A stretch of DNA of 64,000 bases from a bacterium (GTDB taxonomy: Bacteria > Hinthialibacterota > Hinthialibacteria > Hinthialibacterales > Hinthialibacteraceae). The notes beneath the pieces were generated by a model. That model was not told the DNA's origin and made no database searches. It saw only the letters and a list, made by a program, of their open reading frames with translations. A program made the position numbers and the translations under genes. Where the stretch lies: contig CAXXSM010000132.1 of the NCBI GenBank assembly GCA_963663405.2, positions 192,001 through 256,000 on the forward strand. The letters run 5' to 3'. Positions 39,924-51,091 of this stretch are shown one piece after another; the stretch's first letter is position 1, and each line of letters begins with the position of its first letter.

Positions 39924-40482
39924 AAGCGCTGACGGACGCCGCCGCTTGGATGGGCTCGAAGTTGTAGCCATGTTTGAATGCGTTAAGGTTGATGTCGATG
40001 GTTTTGGAGGGCACGGTGATTCGGATCGCTTCTTCCAAGGCCTCTTTGGAAATCGCATTGCACATCTTGGCGAGAAAACCGAGCATGACGATATTCAATA
40101 CAACACGGCTTCCCAATTCTTCCGCGAGGCGCGTGCAAGTGATGCCATAAGCGTTCCCACTTGGAGGAAGCGGCCCCGGCGTGACCAAGTCGCTTTCATA
40201 GAGTAATGTGCCGTTTTCGGCGAGATCAGGCAAATATTGCGAGCAGGCTTCCTGCGACAGTGTCACGAGCACATCGGGTTTAATCACGTATGGATATGTG
40301 ACGGGTGTATCCGAGATGACGATTTGAGCGCCACAGGCGCCGCCCCGCGCTTCCGGACCGTAACTGCGTGTCATGGTCGCAAATTTATTGTCAAATATGG
40401 CGCTTGCTTTACCGATAATTGTGCCGGACATCACAACTCCCTGCCCGCCAAAGCCGCCGACTTTAATTTGTGTAAGACTCAT
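39922..40482 (-). CDS. korC: 2-oxoacid:ferredoxin oxidoreductase gamma subunit
   Basis: GFGGQG, SYGPEARGG, NIVMLG. Confidence 0.9.
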   Translation of the reverse strand: MSLTQIKVGGFGGQGVVMSGTIIGKASAIFDNKFATMTRSYGPEARGGACGAQIVISDTPVTYPYVIKPDVLVTLSQEACSQYLPDLAENGTLLYESDLVTPGPLPPSGNAYGITCTRLAEELGSRVVLNIVMLGFLAKMCNAISKEALEEAIRITVPSKTIDINLNAFKHGYNFEPIQAAASVSA

Positions 40483-41405
40483 ACTATCGCTCCTGTATAT
40501 GGCACGTACTCGTCACCGATGCTGGCGCGGTATTGCTCTATCATTGAATCAAGAAATGTGGAGCGGTCTTTGTCAATGAATTTCCCACAGATGATTTTGC
40601 TCCCCGGTTCGATGACCGCTTCACGCGTGTCGATATCATTCTTGATTTCACTGTGATCTTTGAACATTTTTTGCTGGATTAGACCCGTGCGGCATTGGTT
40701 GCGCCGGCCGTACAGGGTTGGACAGGGTGAAAGGGCTTCGATAAAGGTGAAGCCTTTCTTGTCGAATGTTTCTTTAATCGCCTTTTGCAGCTGACGCACG
40801 TGGGCTGTTGTCCATCGAGCGATATAGACAGCGCCGCAGGCTTCCATGAATTGAGGCAGATTCAATTGATGCTCGTAGAATCCATATGGCGTCGTACTGG
40901 CGAGAGTGCCCCTCGGAGTGGTTGGCGCGGCCTGCCCGCCTGTCATGGAATAGACGAAATTGTTGACGCAAATGACTTTCAGATCAATGTTGCGGCGGGC
41001 GGCGTGAACAAGATGATTTCCGCCAATGGCGGTGAGATCCCCGTCACCGCTGAATACAACAACGGTCAGTTCGGGATTGGCCAGCTTTAATCCTGTGGCA
41101 AATGGAATCGCTCGGCCGTGGGTGGTGTGGAATGAATCAAAATCCAGGTACCCCGCTACGCGGCCGGTGCATCCAATTCCCGACACGATACACAATTTTT
41201 TCCTCTCGATTTTTGACGCCATAAACGCGCGGATAAACGCATTGACGACCGTTCCGACCCCACATCCTGGACACCAAATGTGGGGGATGCGGTCCATTCG
41301 GAGGTACTCTTCCAATGGATTCTTCGCCACTTCGGCGGGAGGGGAATCGGGCGCTGGATTTGGTTCGCTTGTTGGAGTGGCAATTGCGGCGCAAGTCTCG
41401 CTCAT
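40479..41405 (-). CDS. korB: 2-oxoacid:ferredoxin oxidoreductase beta subunit
   Basis: WCPGCG, SGIGC, HGRA, GDGD, MTGGQ, SPCPT. Confidence 0.93.
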   Translation of the reverse strand: MSETCAAIATPTSEPNPAPDSPPAEVAKNPLEEYLRMDRIPHIWCPGCGVGTVVNAFIRAFMASKIERKKLCIVSGIGCTGRVAGYLDFDSFHTTHGRAIPFATGLKLANPELTVVVFSGDGDLTAIGGNHLVHAARRNIDLKVICVNNFVYSMTGGQAAPTTPRGTLASTTPYGFYEHQLNLPQFMEACGAVYIARWTTAHVRQLQKAIKETFDKKGFTFIEALSPCPTLYGRRNQCRTGLIQQKMFKDHSEIKNDIDTREAVIEPGSKIICGKFIDKDRSTFLDSMIEQYRASIGDEYVPYTGAIV

Positions 41406-41406
41406 G

Positions 41407-42561
41407 TTATGATACTCCCATGATGCATTCAAGAATTTCTTCCGGCGGATGCACGGCGCCACCGGCGTTTAATACACCTGAAGTCGGGACTTTTCCGTTC
41501 GCGCATCGCTGCACTTCACGGACGATCTGTCCCTTGTTCATTTCTACAACAACAAATGCTTTAATCCGGTTGGCGAGTTCCTCAATAAATTTTTCTGGGA
41601 AAGGCCAAACGGTAATTAAGCGGAGATGACCGACTTTTAAACCTCGTTCGCGGGCGAGATCGACGCCACGAACGGCGACGCGGGAACTGATTCCATACGA
41701 AACTACGACGATATCCGCATCGTCCATTCCATCTTCTTCAATCCGGATGATCTTGTCTACGTTTGTGCGGATTTTATCGATTAGGCGGTTGACGAGAACT
41801 TGTTGGGCTTTTGCGTTCATGGCCGGATACCCACGCTCGTCGTGGGTCAAGCCGGTGATATGAACGTTGTATCCGTCACCCGCTTTAATCATCCGAGGCA
41901 CCAGTCCGTCTAAATCTTTGTACGGATAATATTCCCCCGGTTTCTGAGTTGTGTATTTCCTTGGCGTCAACTCAATCGAGTCTGGCGGGGGGATCACGAC
42001 TTTTTCGGTCATGTGACCGACGCATTCATCCATCATTAAAAAAACGGGTGTGCGGTATTCTTCCGCAAGGTTAAAACATTCGATCGTCAGATCAAAACAT
42101 TCCTGCGGGGAATTCGGCGCTAAAGCGATGGCTTCGTAATCTCCATGTGAACCCCAGCGGGCCTGCATCATATCTTGCTGACCGGGAAGCGTAGGCAGAC
42201 CGGTGGATGGTCCCCCGCGTTGAACATCGACGAACACACAGGGCGTTTCGGTCATGATAGCCAATCCGATATGTTCCATCATGAGCGAAAATCCTGGACC
42301 GGAAGTGACGGTCATGGTTTTGGCGCCTCCCCAGGCGGCGCCGGCGATCGCGATTGAGGAAGCGAGTTCATCCTCCATTTGGATAAACATCCCACCGATT
42401 CGGGGAACGCGTCTCGCCATTAATTCAACGACTTCCGTGGATGGGGTGATCGGATAACCAGCGACGAAACGGCACTCGGCGGCCAGCGCGCCCTCACAGC
42501 ATGCGCTGTCACCATCCATGAAGTGAGTTCCTGTGTTTACACCTTTTGGATCTGCTTTCAT
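41407..42561 (-). CDS. korA: 2-oxoacid:ferredoxin oxidoreductase alpha subunit
   Basis: GYPITPSTE, QMEDE, TSGPG, VQRGGPSTG, EMNKGQ. Confidence 0.93.
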   Translation of the reverse strand: MKADPKGVNTGTHFMDGDSACCEGALAAECRFVAGYPITPSTEVVELMARRVPRIGGMFIQMEDELASSIAIAGAAWGGAKTMTVTSGPGFSLMMEHIGLAIMTETPCVFVDVQRGGPSTGLPTLPGQQDMMQARWGSHGDYEAIALAPNSPQECFDLTIECFNLAEEYRTPVFLMMDECVGHMTEKVVIPPPDSIELTPRKYTTQKPGEYYPYKDLDGLVPRMIKAGDGYNVHITGLTHDERGYPAMNAKAQQVLVNRLIDKIRTNVDKIIRIEEDGMDDADIVVVSYGISSRVAVRGVDLARERGLKVGHLRLITVWPFPEKFIEELANRIKAFVVVEMNKGQIVREVQRCANGKVPTSGVLNAGGAVHPPEEILECIMGVS

Positions 42562-42579
42562 TTTATTCTATACCATCTC

Positions 42580-42819
42580 TCAGGATTTTTTGAACCGAGC
42601 GCCATAGATCGCAAAGTCGGGGCAGTACGAACCACATTGATCGCAGCCCGTGCACTTCTCACTATGATTGGCGATGGGGAAGTGATAACCATGACTATTA
42701 AATTCTTTGGCGAGTTCGAGAACGTTTAATGGGCAGAATTCAACGCAGAAGCCGCATCCTTTGCAACGTTCTTCGTTGATAACAACGTATCCTTTCGGTT
42801 TTTTTTCGGGTTTCTCCAT
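42580..42819 (-). CDS. korD: 2[4Fe-4S] ferredoxin, delta subunit
   Basis: CKGCGFCVEFCP and CTGCDQCGSYCP. Confidence 0.9.
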   Translation of the reverse strand: MEKPEKKPKGYVVINEERCKGCGFCVEFCPLNVLELAKEFNSHGYHFPIANHSEKCTGCDQCGSYCPDFAIYGARFKKS

Positions 42820-42853
42820 CTTTCTTTCCTTCTCAGGGTGGCGAGCCGCGAGG

Positions 42854-43453
42854 TTACGACCCAGAGCGCACTTTGGCGCTTTCTTCAAACACATCTTGAA
42901 TGCGGCGCCAAAAATCGACGATGTTTTGGGACATAATGACTAGATTATGTTTCACATCTTTTCCATCCACAACGTGATCTTTCAGAATCGCTTCCTGTTC
43001 GAATCCCAAACGAGAAAACACGTGAATCGCCGACGTTTGATCTTCCATCATTTGAGCGATGACTTTATCCAGTTTTAATTTCAAGGCGAGGAAGAAAATC
43101 TCTCTCGCCAAGTGGCAGCCAAGTCCCATCCGGCGGAATTCTGGATGAGTGACGATCCGGATTTCACCGACATGTTTGGACCAGCCGAATTGATTCCGAT
43201 GAAGTGTCGCGTCCCCAATAATTTTACCATCATAGATCGCCAGTAGGGGGATCACATGGTCGTAATCGAGATTTTCCGCCCAGCGATGGATCACTTCGGG
43301 GTGTGTGACATCTTCCTTGAGATAGAACCGGTCTTCAGGGGAGAGGCTAAGGAAGAAATTCCTGAGATCTTCTTCATCTTCCTTCACCATCTGCCGGATC
43401 GTGGCTTTCTGGCCCTTCAACAAAGCGATCGTTTTCGGGTATTCAGCAAACAT
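42854..43453 (-). CDS. GNAT family acetyltransferase
   Basis: IIGDATLH, HVGEIRIV, RRMGLG, LGFEQEA; GGAGG RBS. Confidence 0.85.
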   Translation of the reverse strand: MFAEYPKTIALLKGQKATIRQMVKEDEEDLRNFFLSLSPEDRFYLKEDVTHPEVIHRWAENLDYDHVIPLLAIYDGKIIGDATLHRNQFGWSKHVGEIRIVTHPEFRRMGLGCHLAREIFFLALKLKLDKVIAQMMEDQTSAIHVFSRLGFEQEAILKDHVVDGKDVKHNLVIMSQNIVDFWRRIQDVFEESAKVRSGS

Positions 43454-43750
43454 GATCCCAGGACCTCCCTTTAGGCAAGAATTCAAATCCATCAATACAA
43501 TTTATGAAGTTACACTATTTATAATTTATTAATGAGATAAGAAACATTATCTTTTTTTTAATTATACCGCAAGTTCTTAAGATGGGTATTGCTAAAAAAA
43601 ATTATGTTTTTTTAGCGATAGTTAGAAATAGAGATACAAATTTTTGATTTTAATAGATTGAGAAAATGGCTTGGATTATTTTAGAATAGAGATTGCATAG
43701 AGTATGGTCTATCATAATCGGTTTGACGAAAATTGAAGATTAATCTTACG

Positions 43751-43780
43751 TTGACAGTACTACACATTACAGATTAATAT
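43751..43780 (+). promoter_or_regulatory. putative sigma70 promoter
   Basis: TTGACA-N18-TAATAT about 50 bp before GGAGGT/ATG. Confidence 0.5.
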
Positions 43781-43832
43781 AAGAAATTGAGATCGTTTAT
43801 GGAACATTAAAACTATTTATGGAGGTAGTAAA

Positions 43833-44798
43833 ATGAATAGAATCAATGGAACCGCATGGTTCGTAGTCTATGTTGGATTGCTAGTTTTTACTTGCCCTTC
43901 TCAATCGGAAATCGTGTGGACGGATTATCTGGAAAATCCTTTGGCAATGCCTATGCCGAATGGGGACCGGTCGTATATGCCGAATGTAATATGGAATCCA
44001 GATCTTCAGAGATACCAATGTTGGTACGAGCAAGGGAGCATCGATCTTGTCACCTACGCTGAATCGGATGATGGAATCACTTGGTCGAATGAGACGTTGA
44101 CTCAAGGAATCACGATCGATGATCTCCAGGTAGGCCGCGGATTCATGCTCTATAACACAGAATGGGAATATCCTTATAAAGCGTATTTTTTTGGTAGAGG
44201 GGGTGATTTAGGGGATCATGTCAGGTTTGCAGAATCAATAGATGGAATTGTATGGGAGAACAATCAACCTCTCGATATGTCCGATGCGACCGTATCGGGT
44301 CAAACAATCAGTTCCCCCGACGGTCATGCGGTTTTATTCGATCCAGATTTTCCTGGAGAGCCATACCGGATGTACCTCAAGACAGGCGATCAAACATCGA
44401 TTATGCAGTCTTCGGATGGAATCACATGGACATGGTTTGATTTCGCTACACTGGATGAAGGTTTTCACATTACAGCTATCCTTCAAATCAGTGAGAATGA
44501 TTATCGAGCCTGGGGATTCCGGGATTACAGCGTGGCGGGGATTCAATATTTCCGCTCGGCCGATGGAATTGAGTTTGAACTTATTCAAGATCCAGTAGAG
44601 GTTATAGGGGGAGCTGGACCCGCTGAATCTTGGAATGGAGATCGTAACTACCACCCCAGCGTCGTGTATGAAGGAAACGGGCAGTTCAAAATGTGGCGAT
44701 CCGGAAAACATGATGTAACAGGCGCCTACCGGATGGGATTCGCAACAGGAATCGATACAGACTTAGGAACGCTCGTGGATCAATGGAGTATTTTTTAA
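43833..44798 (+). CDS. secreted beta-propeller protein with Asp-box repeats (GH43/32/130-like fold)
   Basis: signal peptide; four S.DG..W/F boxes (AESDDGITW, AESIDGIVW, QSSDGITW, RSADGIEF); ends TLVDQWSIF. Confidence 0.7.
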   Translation: MNRINGTAWFVVYVGLLVFTCPSQSEIVWTDYLENPLAMPMPNGDRSYMPNVIWNPDLQRYQCWYEQGSIDLVTYAESDDGITWSNETLTQGITIDDLQVGRGFMLYNTEWEYPYKAYFFGRGGDLGDHVRFAESIDGIVWENNQPLDMSDATVSGQTISSPDGHAVLFDPDFPGEPYRMYLKTGDQTSIMQSSDGITWTWFDFATLDEGFHITAILQISENDYRAWGFRDYSVAGIQYFRSADGIEFELIQDPVEVIGGAGPAESWNGDRNYHPSVVYEGNGQFKMWRSGKHDVTGAYRMGFATGIDTDLGTLVDQWSIF

Positions 44799-44827
44799 AA
44801 TCAATAAATAATAAATCTAAACCAACT

Positions 44828-44858
44828 AAAAAAGGGCGGCTGTTTTTGGCCGCCCTTT
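44828..44858. terminator. bidirectional terminator
   Basis: AAAAAGGGCGGC-tgtttttg-GCCGCCCTTT. Confidence 0.8.
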
Positions 44859-44878
44859 CATAATCTTATGAATCGTTT

Positions 44879-45028
44879 TTAGCGTGTTTCTCGATGGGGT
44901 GTATGTTTCCCACAAAACCGGCAGTATTTTTTGAACTCCAACCGGTCGGGTTGTTTCCGTTTATCTTTTGTCGTGCTGTAATTCCGACGTTTGCATTCTG
45001 TACATGCCAATAGAATCTGCTCTCTCAT
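44879..45028 (-). CDS. rpmG: 50S ribosomal protein L33, zinc-binding form (absent from the ORF track)
   Basis: manual translation [49 protein letters not shown]; GGAG RBS. Confidence 0.95.
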   Translation of the reverse strand: MREQILLACTECKRRNYSTTKDKRKQPDRLEFKKYCRFCGKHTPHRETR

Positions 45029-45141
45029 GATTATCTCCTAAATAGATTCTTTCAAGGCCAATCTGCAAATTCATATCTAAGATTCATTAAATGCCTTGAA
45101 AGAATTTGCAGTTACTTTCTACCAAAATATTCGAGTTGTTG

Positions 45142-46335
<1,194 letters not shown>

Positions 46336-46418
46336 GGTGGTTCCTTCCTGTCCTCGATTTCAAAGTGTGTTTTTTGTAATTGAATTTATAGATTGTAAAA
46401 ATTTATTTATAAAAGATA

Positions 46419-46492
46419 AGCCCTCGACCGGAGTTGAACCGGTGACCTCATCCTTACCAAGGATGCGCTCTGACCTACTGAGCTACGAGGGC
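46419..46492 (-). tRNA. tRNA-Thr(GGT)
   Basis: GCCCTCG acceptor stem, CATCC-TTGGTAA-GGATG anticodon arm, GGTTCAACTCC T-arm; CCA not encoded. Confidence 0.95.
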
Positions 46493-46598
46493 GTGATTAC
46501 GGTCAATAACTGCAAAATAGTAAAAGGCGCTCATCGTACTGTCAAGGAAAGCGGAACTTGAATTTCTGTTTCCATAATTCTATTAAAAACAAATAAGC

Positions 46599-46689
46599 CG
46601 GAGGGGGAGGGATTCGAACCCCCGAAACAGTTTAACCCGTTTAACCGCTTTCGAGGCGGTCGCCTTCAGCCAAACTCGGCCACCCCTCC
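46599..46689 (-). tRNA. tRNA-Ser(CGA)
   Basis: GGAGGGG acceptor, ACCGC-CTCGAAA-GCGGT anticodon arm, long variable arm, GGTTCGAATCC. Confidence 0.93.
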
Positions 46690-46869
46690 ATGTAATTCTT
46701 TAATTGTCAAATGACGATACGGAAAAGGACGTATTTTTAATTATATACCCTATCGTGGGTATATTGTTTGATTTGTTTGGACATATTATAGAGTTTTTCG
46801 CCTAACGAAAATATTAATCTCTATCTCATCCAATTGAAATCAGCTCTTTATTGTATCACGGAAAGTCCA

Positions 46870-47328
46870 TTATCGTAACCGCTCAAAAAAATCTTTCAAT
46901 AACTGTTGGCAATTTTCTTCAAGAATTTTTGGATGAACCAAGATTTGATGATTTAAGCGAGCGTCTTCGGTGATCTGATAAAGACTTTCCACTCCCCCCG
47001 CCTTTGGATCGGACGCGCCATAATATAGATGTTCAATCCGGGCTTGTACGATCGCTCCTGCGCACATGATACATGGCTCGAGTGTACAGTACAGCGAACA
47101 TCCATCAAGGCGCCATTCACCCCGCGCCGCAGCGGCGTCGCGCAATGCGAGAATCTCCGCATGGGCGGTTGGATCGTTGGTTTCTTCCCGCTGGTTCCGG
47201 CCCCGGCCAATCACTTGTCCTTTGTAGACAATAATCGCTCCAATGGGGGTGTCTCCATACGCCTGCGCGATTTTCCCTTGGTTGATAGCTAATCGCATGT
47301 ATCGTTCGTGTTCGTGTAATGAATTCAC
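46870..47328 (-). CDS. tadA: tRNA adenosine(34) deaminase
   Basis: DPTAHAE, TLEPCIMCAGA, DPKAGG, LNH. Confidence 0.95.
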   Translation of the reverse strand: MNSLHEHERYMRLAINQGKIAQAYGDTPIGAIIVYKGQVIGRGRNQREETNDPTAHAEILALRDAAAARGEWRLDGCSLYCTLEPCIMCAGAIVQARIEHLYYGASDPKAGGVESLYQITEDARLNHQILVHPKILEENCQQLLKDFFERLR

Positions 47329-47505
47329 TCTCTATTCCTGTCTTGTCACACTCTTTTAATGGAGCCATTTGTATTTTATTAAACTATTATAAACGACTTC
47401 AATTGATAACGATACTAACCAGCGGCGCATTGATCGTGGACAATTCGTTTAGACCGGACTATTATACTTATAAAGAGAATCGTTTGATTGGAGGTAGAAT
47501 TAATA

Positions 47506-47766
47506 ATGATTTTAGATCATGCGGCGTTGACGGCGGGGCCTGGAATTGGAGCGATTCTCTATGGGGCAACGGCGTGGGTGTTGAGTATGCTGGTCGTTCT
47601 ATTTCATCGCGAGGGAATCAAAGTCGTGGGAGGGACGATCGTGTTTACCGGCTTTTTGATCTTGCTCATTCATCCACAAATCATTCTTTCTATTGGCCTT
47701 ATCGCTTTTGGACTGGCCGTGCATTGGTGTGGACAGACGCTTTACAATCTGCGGCGCCGCGGATGA
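47506..47766 (+). CDS. small membrane protein (about 3 TM)
   Basis: GGAGG RBS, hydrophobic ORF. Confidence 0.6.
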   Translation: MILDHAALTAGPGIGAILYGATAWVLSMLVVLFHREGIKVVGGTIVFTGFLILLIHPQIILSIGLIAFGLAVHWCGQTLYNLRRRG

Positions 47767-47861
47767 AAGAATTACGTATCCAAATGTAAATAGATCAGTG
47801 GTTTATGGGCGAGTCTGACATAAGAGCCGTATTGTATTCCCCAAATTGTTTAACCGCCACC

Positions 47862-48125
47862 TTATGTTTTGATCCCAAACTCGGCATACCGAATTTTGAA
47901 CATATCATTCCATAAATTTTCCCGGATTCGTTTAAAGTCCTGCAACCGTTTTTGATAGAGTTTACTCCCCGCTTTCCAACGCGCGCTCCAAGCGAGAAAA
48001 CTGGGCTCCGCTCGCGCCAAGTGTTTAATGATCTTCCGGCTGTCACGTTCGTACTCGGAAATGATTCGCTCGTTTCTAATGATTTTGTCCGTTGTTTCTG
48101 CAAGAATGCTAATGTTCGTTTCCAT
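47862..48125 (-). CDS. hypothetical helical protein
   Basis: AAGGA before METNISIL; no recognisable motif. Confidence 0.45.
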   Translation of the reverse strand: METNISILAETTDKIIRNERIISEYERDSRKIIKHLARAEPSFLAWSARWKAGSKLYQKRLQDFKRIRENLWNDMFKIRYAEFGIKT

Positions 48126-48400
48126 TTTACATCCTTCCCATTGCATACGCGGATTTATACATTGTACATATATTTTACATTAAATTTAACGTTTTGCAAT
48201 ACCCTATTTCATTTATTTTCTAGATAAGTCTAAACTACGGTAATTTTCTATATTGAAAGGGCTCCAATTGAATTATTTGTGGGTACAGAGCCATTCATCT
48301 ATACAAACCCTATTGATTTCGTTTATCCTGAAACCTTTCAACAAGATAAACCATCAATAATTTTAATATATTTTTAATAAGGATGATCAGGAGATGTACG

Positions 48401-49423
48401 ATGAAGGAATTTGAAATTGCGCTTGAGAATCTTATCGCCGGGAAGAATCTATCCAGGGCAGAGGCGGGGGAATTGATTTCTTCGATCATGGAGGGCAAAT
48501 TAACTCCCTCGCAGATCGCCGCTTTTTTGACGGCCCTGCGATGCAAAGGGGAGAGTGTGGATGAGATTACCGGCGCCGCTGAAGCGATGCGTTCGCATGC
48601 GATGCAGGTAAAAAGCAAGCGGGAAGGGATTCTCGATACATGCGGAACGGGTGGTGACAAAAGCGGGACGTTCAATATATCCACCACAGCCGCCTGCATT
48701 GTGGCCGGCGCGGGCGCGCCTGTGGCGAAACATGGGAACCGGTCCGCTTCCAGCCAATGTGGAAGCATCGATCTGCTCGAAAAACTGGGAGTGAACGTGA
48801 ATTTGGATCCAGCGAAGATTGGAGCGTGCCTGGATACTGTGGGAATCGGAATTTTGTTTGCGCGGGTAGTGCATCCGGCAATGAAACATGCGGCTCCGAT
48901 CCGGGGAGAATTGAAAATCCGGACGATCTTCAATTTTTTGGGACCGTTGACTAACCCGGCGACGCCGGATTTTCAACTGGTTGGGATCAGCAATGTTAAG
49001 TTTATTGAGACGTACGCGGAATGTCTACAAAAACTGGGCATCAAACGCGCTTGGGTAGTCGCGGGAGAAGACGGATTGGATGAGATTACGCTGACGGGTT
49101 CGTCAACTATCCTGGATGTGCGTCCGGATTCAATCGAAAAGCGGAAGATTGTTCCTGAAGACGCCGGTCTCTCGCGTTGTACGCGGGAAGATCTCCTTGG
49201 CGGCTCTGTCGAGGACAACGCTCGTATGACGCTGGCGATTCTTGATGGAACCGACCGGGGAACGCGGCGTGACGCGGCGCTCTTCAACGCGGGCGCGGCG
49301 CTGCTTGTCGCTGGGAAAGCGGATTCGTTGCAAGCGGGCGTCAATCTCGCGGTGGAGAGTGTGGATTCCGGCAAAGCGAATGCGGTGTTGGATCAGTTAA
49401 TCCAATTCACGAATGAGTGTTAA
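48401..49423 (+). CDS. trpD: anthranilate phosphoribosyltransferase
   Basis: DTCGTGGD, NISTT, KHGNR, GPLTNP, GLDE. Confidence 0.97.
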   Translation: MKEFEIALENLIAGKNLSRAEAGELISSIMEGKLTPSQIAAFLTALRCKGESVDEITGAAEAMRSHAMQVKSKREGILDTCGTGGDKSGTFNISTTAACIVAGAGAPVAKHGNRSASSQCGSIDLLEKLGVNVNLDPAKIGACLDTVGIGILFARVVHPAMKHAAPIRGELKIRTIFNFLGPLTNPATPDFQLVGISNVKFIETYAECLQKLGIKRAWVVAGEDGLDEITLTGSSTILDVRPDSIEKRKIVPEDAGLSRCTREDLLGGSVEDNARMTLAILDGTDRGTRRDAALFNAGAALLVAGKADSLQAGVNLAVESVDSGKANAVLDQLIQFTNEC

Positions 49424-49429
49424 TCTGGC

Positions 49430-50734
49430 CTATACTTCATCGGGAACGTCGAACGGCCTGCGGTATTTCCCATGCAGGATTTCGTTCGCTTCGTCGTCGT
49501 TTACGCAGCGTTCTGTTGTGGGATCGAATTGAAGCGTTCGTTCGACTAGGTAGGACGCGTTGGCGAGATGACATAGCGAGGCGGAGAGATGCCCTTCGAG
49601 GATTTCCGCATGAAGGTCTTCTTTCTTCCGGCTGCGGACCGCGTCGATGAAGTTCTGGAAATGATTCTCTCCCGACTCACGGGATGGGCCTTCTTTCCGG
49701 TCGCGGCCCAGGAATACGCGATAGCGTCCATAATTGTCTGTGATCATATAGCCTTTTGAACCGAGGAACAGATCCCCAATCACGTTATCCGTGCCTCCCA
49801 CATTGATCTCATCGTTCGTTATCCAATGACGGACTTCGAACACCAGCATTTTATTCTCATCCGGATATTTAAACGTCGAGACGAGAGTGTTGGGGGTGTT
49901 TTGGTCGTCGTCGAACATGAAATGCCCACCGATGGCGGATGCGAGTTTGGGCAGGCCGACGCCCAATCCCCACCGGGCGATATCCATCTCATGCACGCCC
50001 TGGTTCCCGATGTCTCCATTGCCGTATTCATAATTCCAGTGCCAGTTGTAATGGAAGCGGTTGGGATTGAACGGGCGTTTATCCGCCGGACCGAGCCAGA
50101 GATTATAATGCACGCCGGGAGGAACGTCTCCATCCGGTTTGTGACCGATGGTGTCCCGCCATTTGTAGCAGAGGCCTTTCGCGTAATACACATCCCCGAT
50201 CACGCCGTCCCGCAGCAGTTCGACCGCTTCCCGGAACGCGGAGACGCTGCGGCCCTGGGTGCCCTGTTGGACGATTCGATTGTATTTCCGGGCGGCTTTG
50301 ACGAGTTGACGGCCTTCATGGATATTGTGCGAACACGGTTTTTCGACATATGCGTCTTTTCCATGTTGGCAGGCCCAGATACCCATGAGCGCGTGCCAGT
50401 GGTTGGGTGTCGCGATGGAGACGGCGTCGATCTCGTCGTTCTGCAGCATCTCGCGGATATCTGTGTATTTTTTGACGGGTTGTGCAAGAAATTCCTTCAG
50501 TTCCTCCGCCCGCTCGTTCAGGATATTCTCATCCACGTCACAGATCGCGATGACCTGGGTGTTCGTACATTTTGCGAATTCCCTTATATGATCCGCTCCC
50601 CGTCCTCTCAATCCCACCACGCCTATGTGGACTGTCTCATTCGCACTGGCCCCGGCTTTTGTCTGAATCAGAATGTTCAACGCAGCCGCGCCCCCAGCGG
50701 CGTTCTTCAAAAAACTTCGCCGATTTTCACTCAT
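49430..50734 (-). CDS. Tat-exported Gfo/Idh/MocA oxidoreductase
   Basis: NRRSFLK twin-arginine motif; ATPNHWH, YVEKP, NQGVHEMD. Confidence 0.92.
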   Translation of the reverse strand: MSENRRSFLKNAAGGAAALNILIQTKAGASANETVHIGVVGLRGRGADHIREFAKCTNTQVIAICDVDENILNERAEELKEFLAQPVKKYTDIREMLQNDEIDAVSIATPNHWHALMGIWACQHGKDAYVEKPCSHNIHEGRQLVKAARKYNRIVQQGTQGRSVSAFREAVELLRDGVIGDVYYAKGLCYKWRDTIGHKPDGDVPPGVHYNLWLGPADKRPFNPNRFHYNWHWNYEYGNGDIGNQGVHEMDIARWGLGVGLPKLASAIGGHFMFDDDQNTPNTLVSTFKYPDENKMLVFEVRHWITNDEINVGGTDNVIGDLFLGSKGYMITDNYGRYRVFLGRDRKEGPSRESGENHFQNFIDAVRSRKKEDLHAEILEGHLSASLCHLANASYLVERTLQFDPTTERCVNDDEANEILHGKYRRPFDVPDEV

Positions 50735-51091
50735 TATGATCACTCCTTCGCTTGAAGAAAATTTGAATGGATAGATACGAGATTACATGGATTTTTCTTT
50801 TGGGATAAGGGGGTGATCTATATATTTAAGGGGCTAAATGAAGACTGGTTCGAGCAGAATCGTGACTCTCGTAATCCTGATGTAATCCTATTAAGACGAT
50901 GCAAAATTGAAATATTATTTTTGTTTTCTCGTTGTTATTTAATGGACGTATTATTTTCATTCGAGAGAGTATATCATAATAATAAATGATAACGAAAAAT
51001 TATCCGCTCCATCAATCTAGATGTTTAGATTTTGTGCCGACTAGTGGGAATTCAGATTTTCTGAAATCAACTTGAAAGAAGGAATTAGAAT

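Noticed and set aside
46419-46689. tRNAs as possible integration sites
   Set aside because: No integrase and no duplicated tRNA 3' end seen in the window.
49826-50755. 309-aa ORF on the + strand
   Set aside because: Antisense shadow of the Gfo/Idh/MocA gene.
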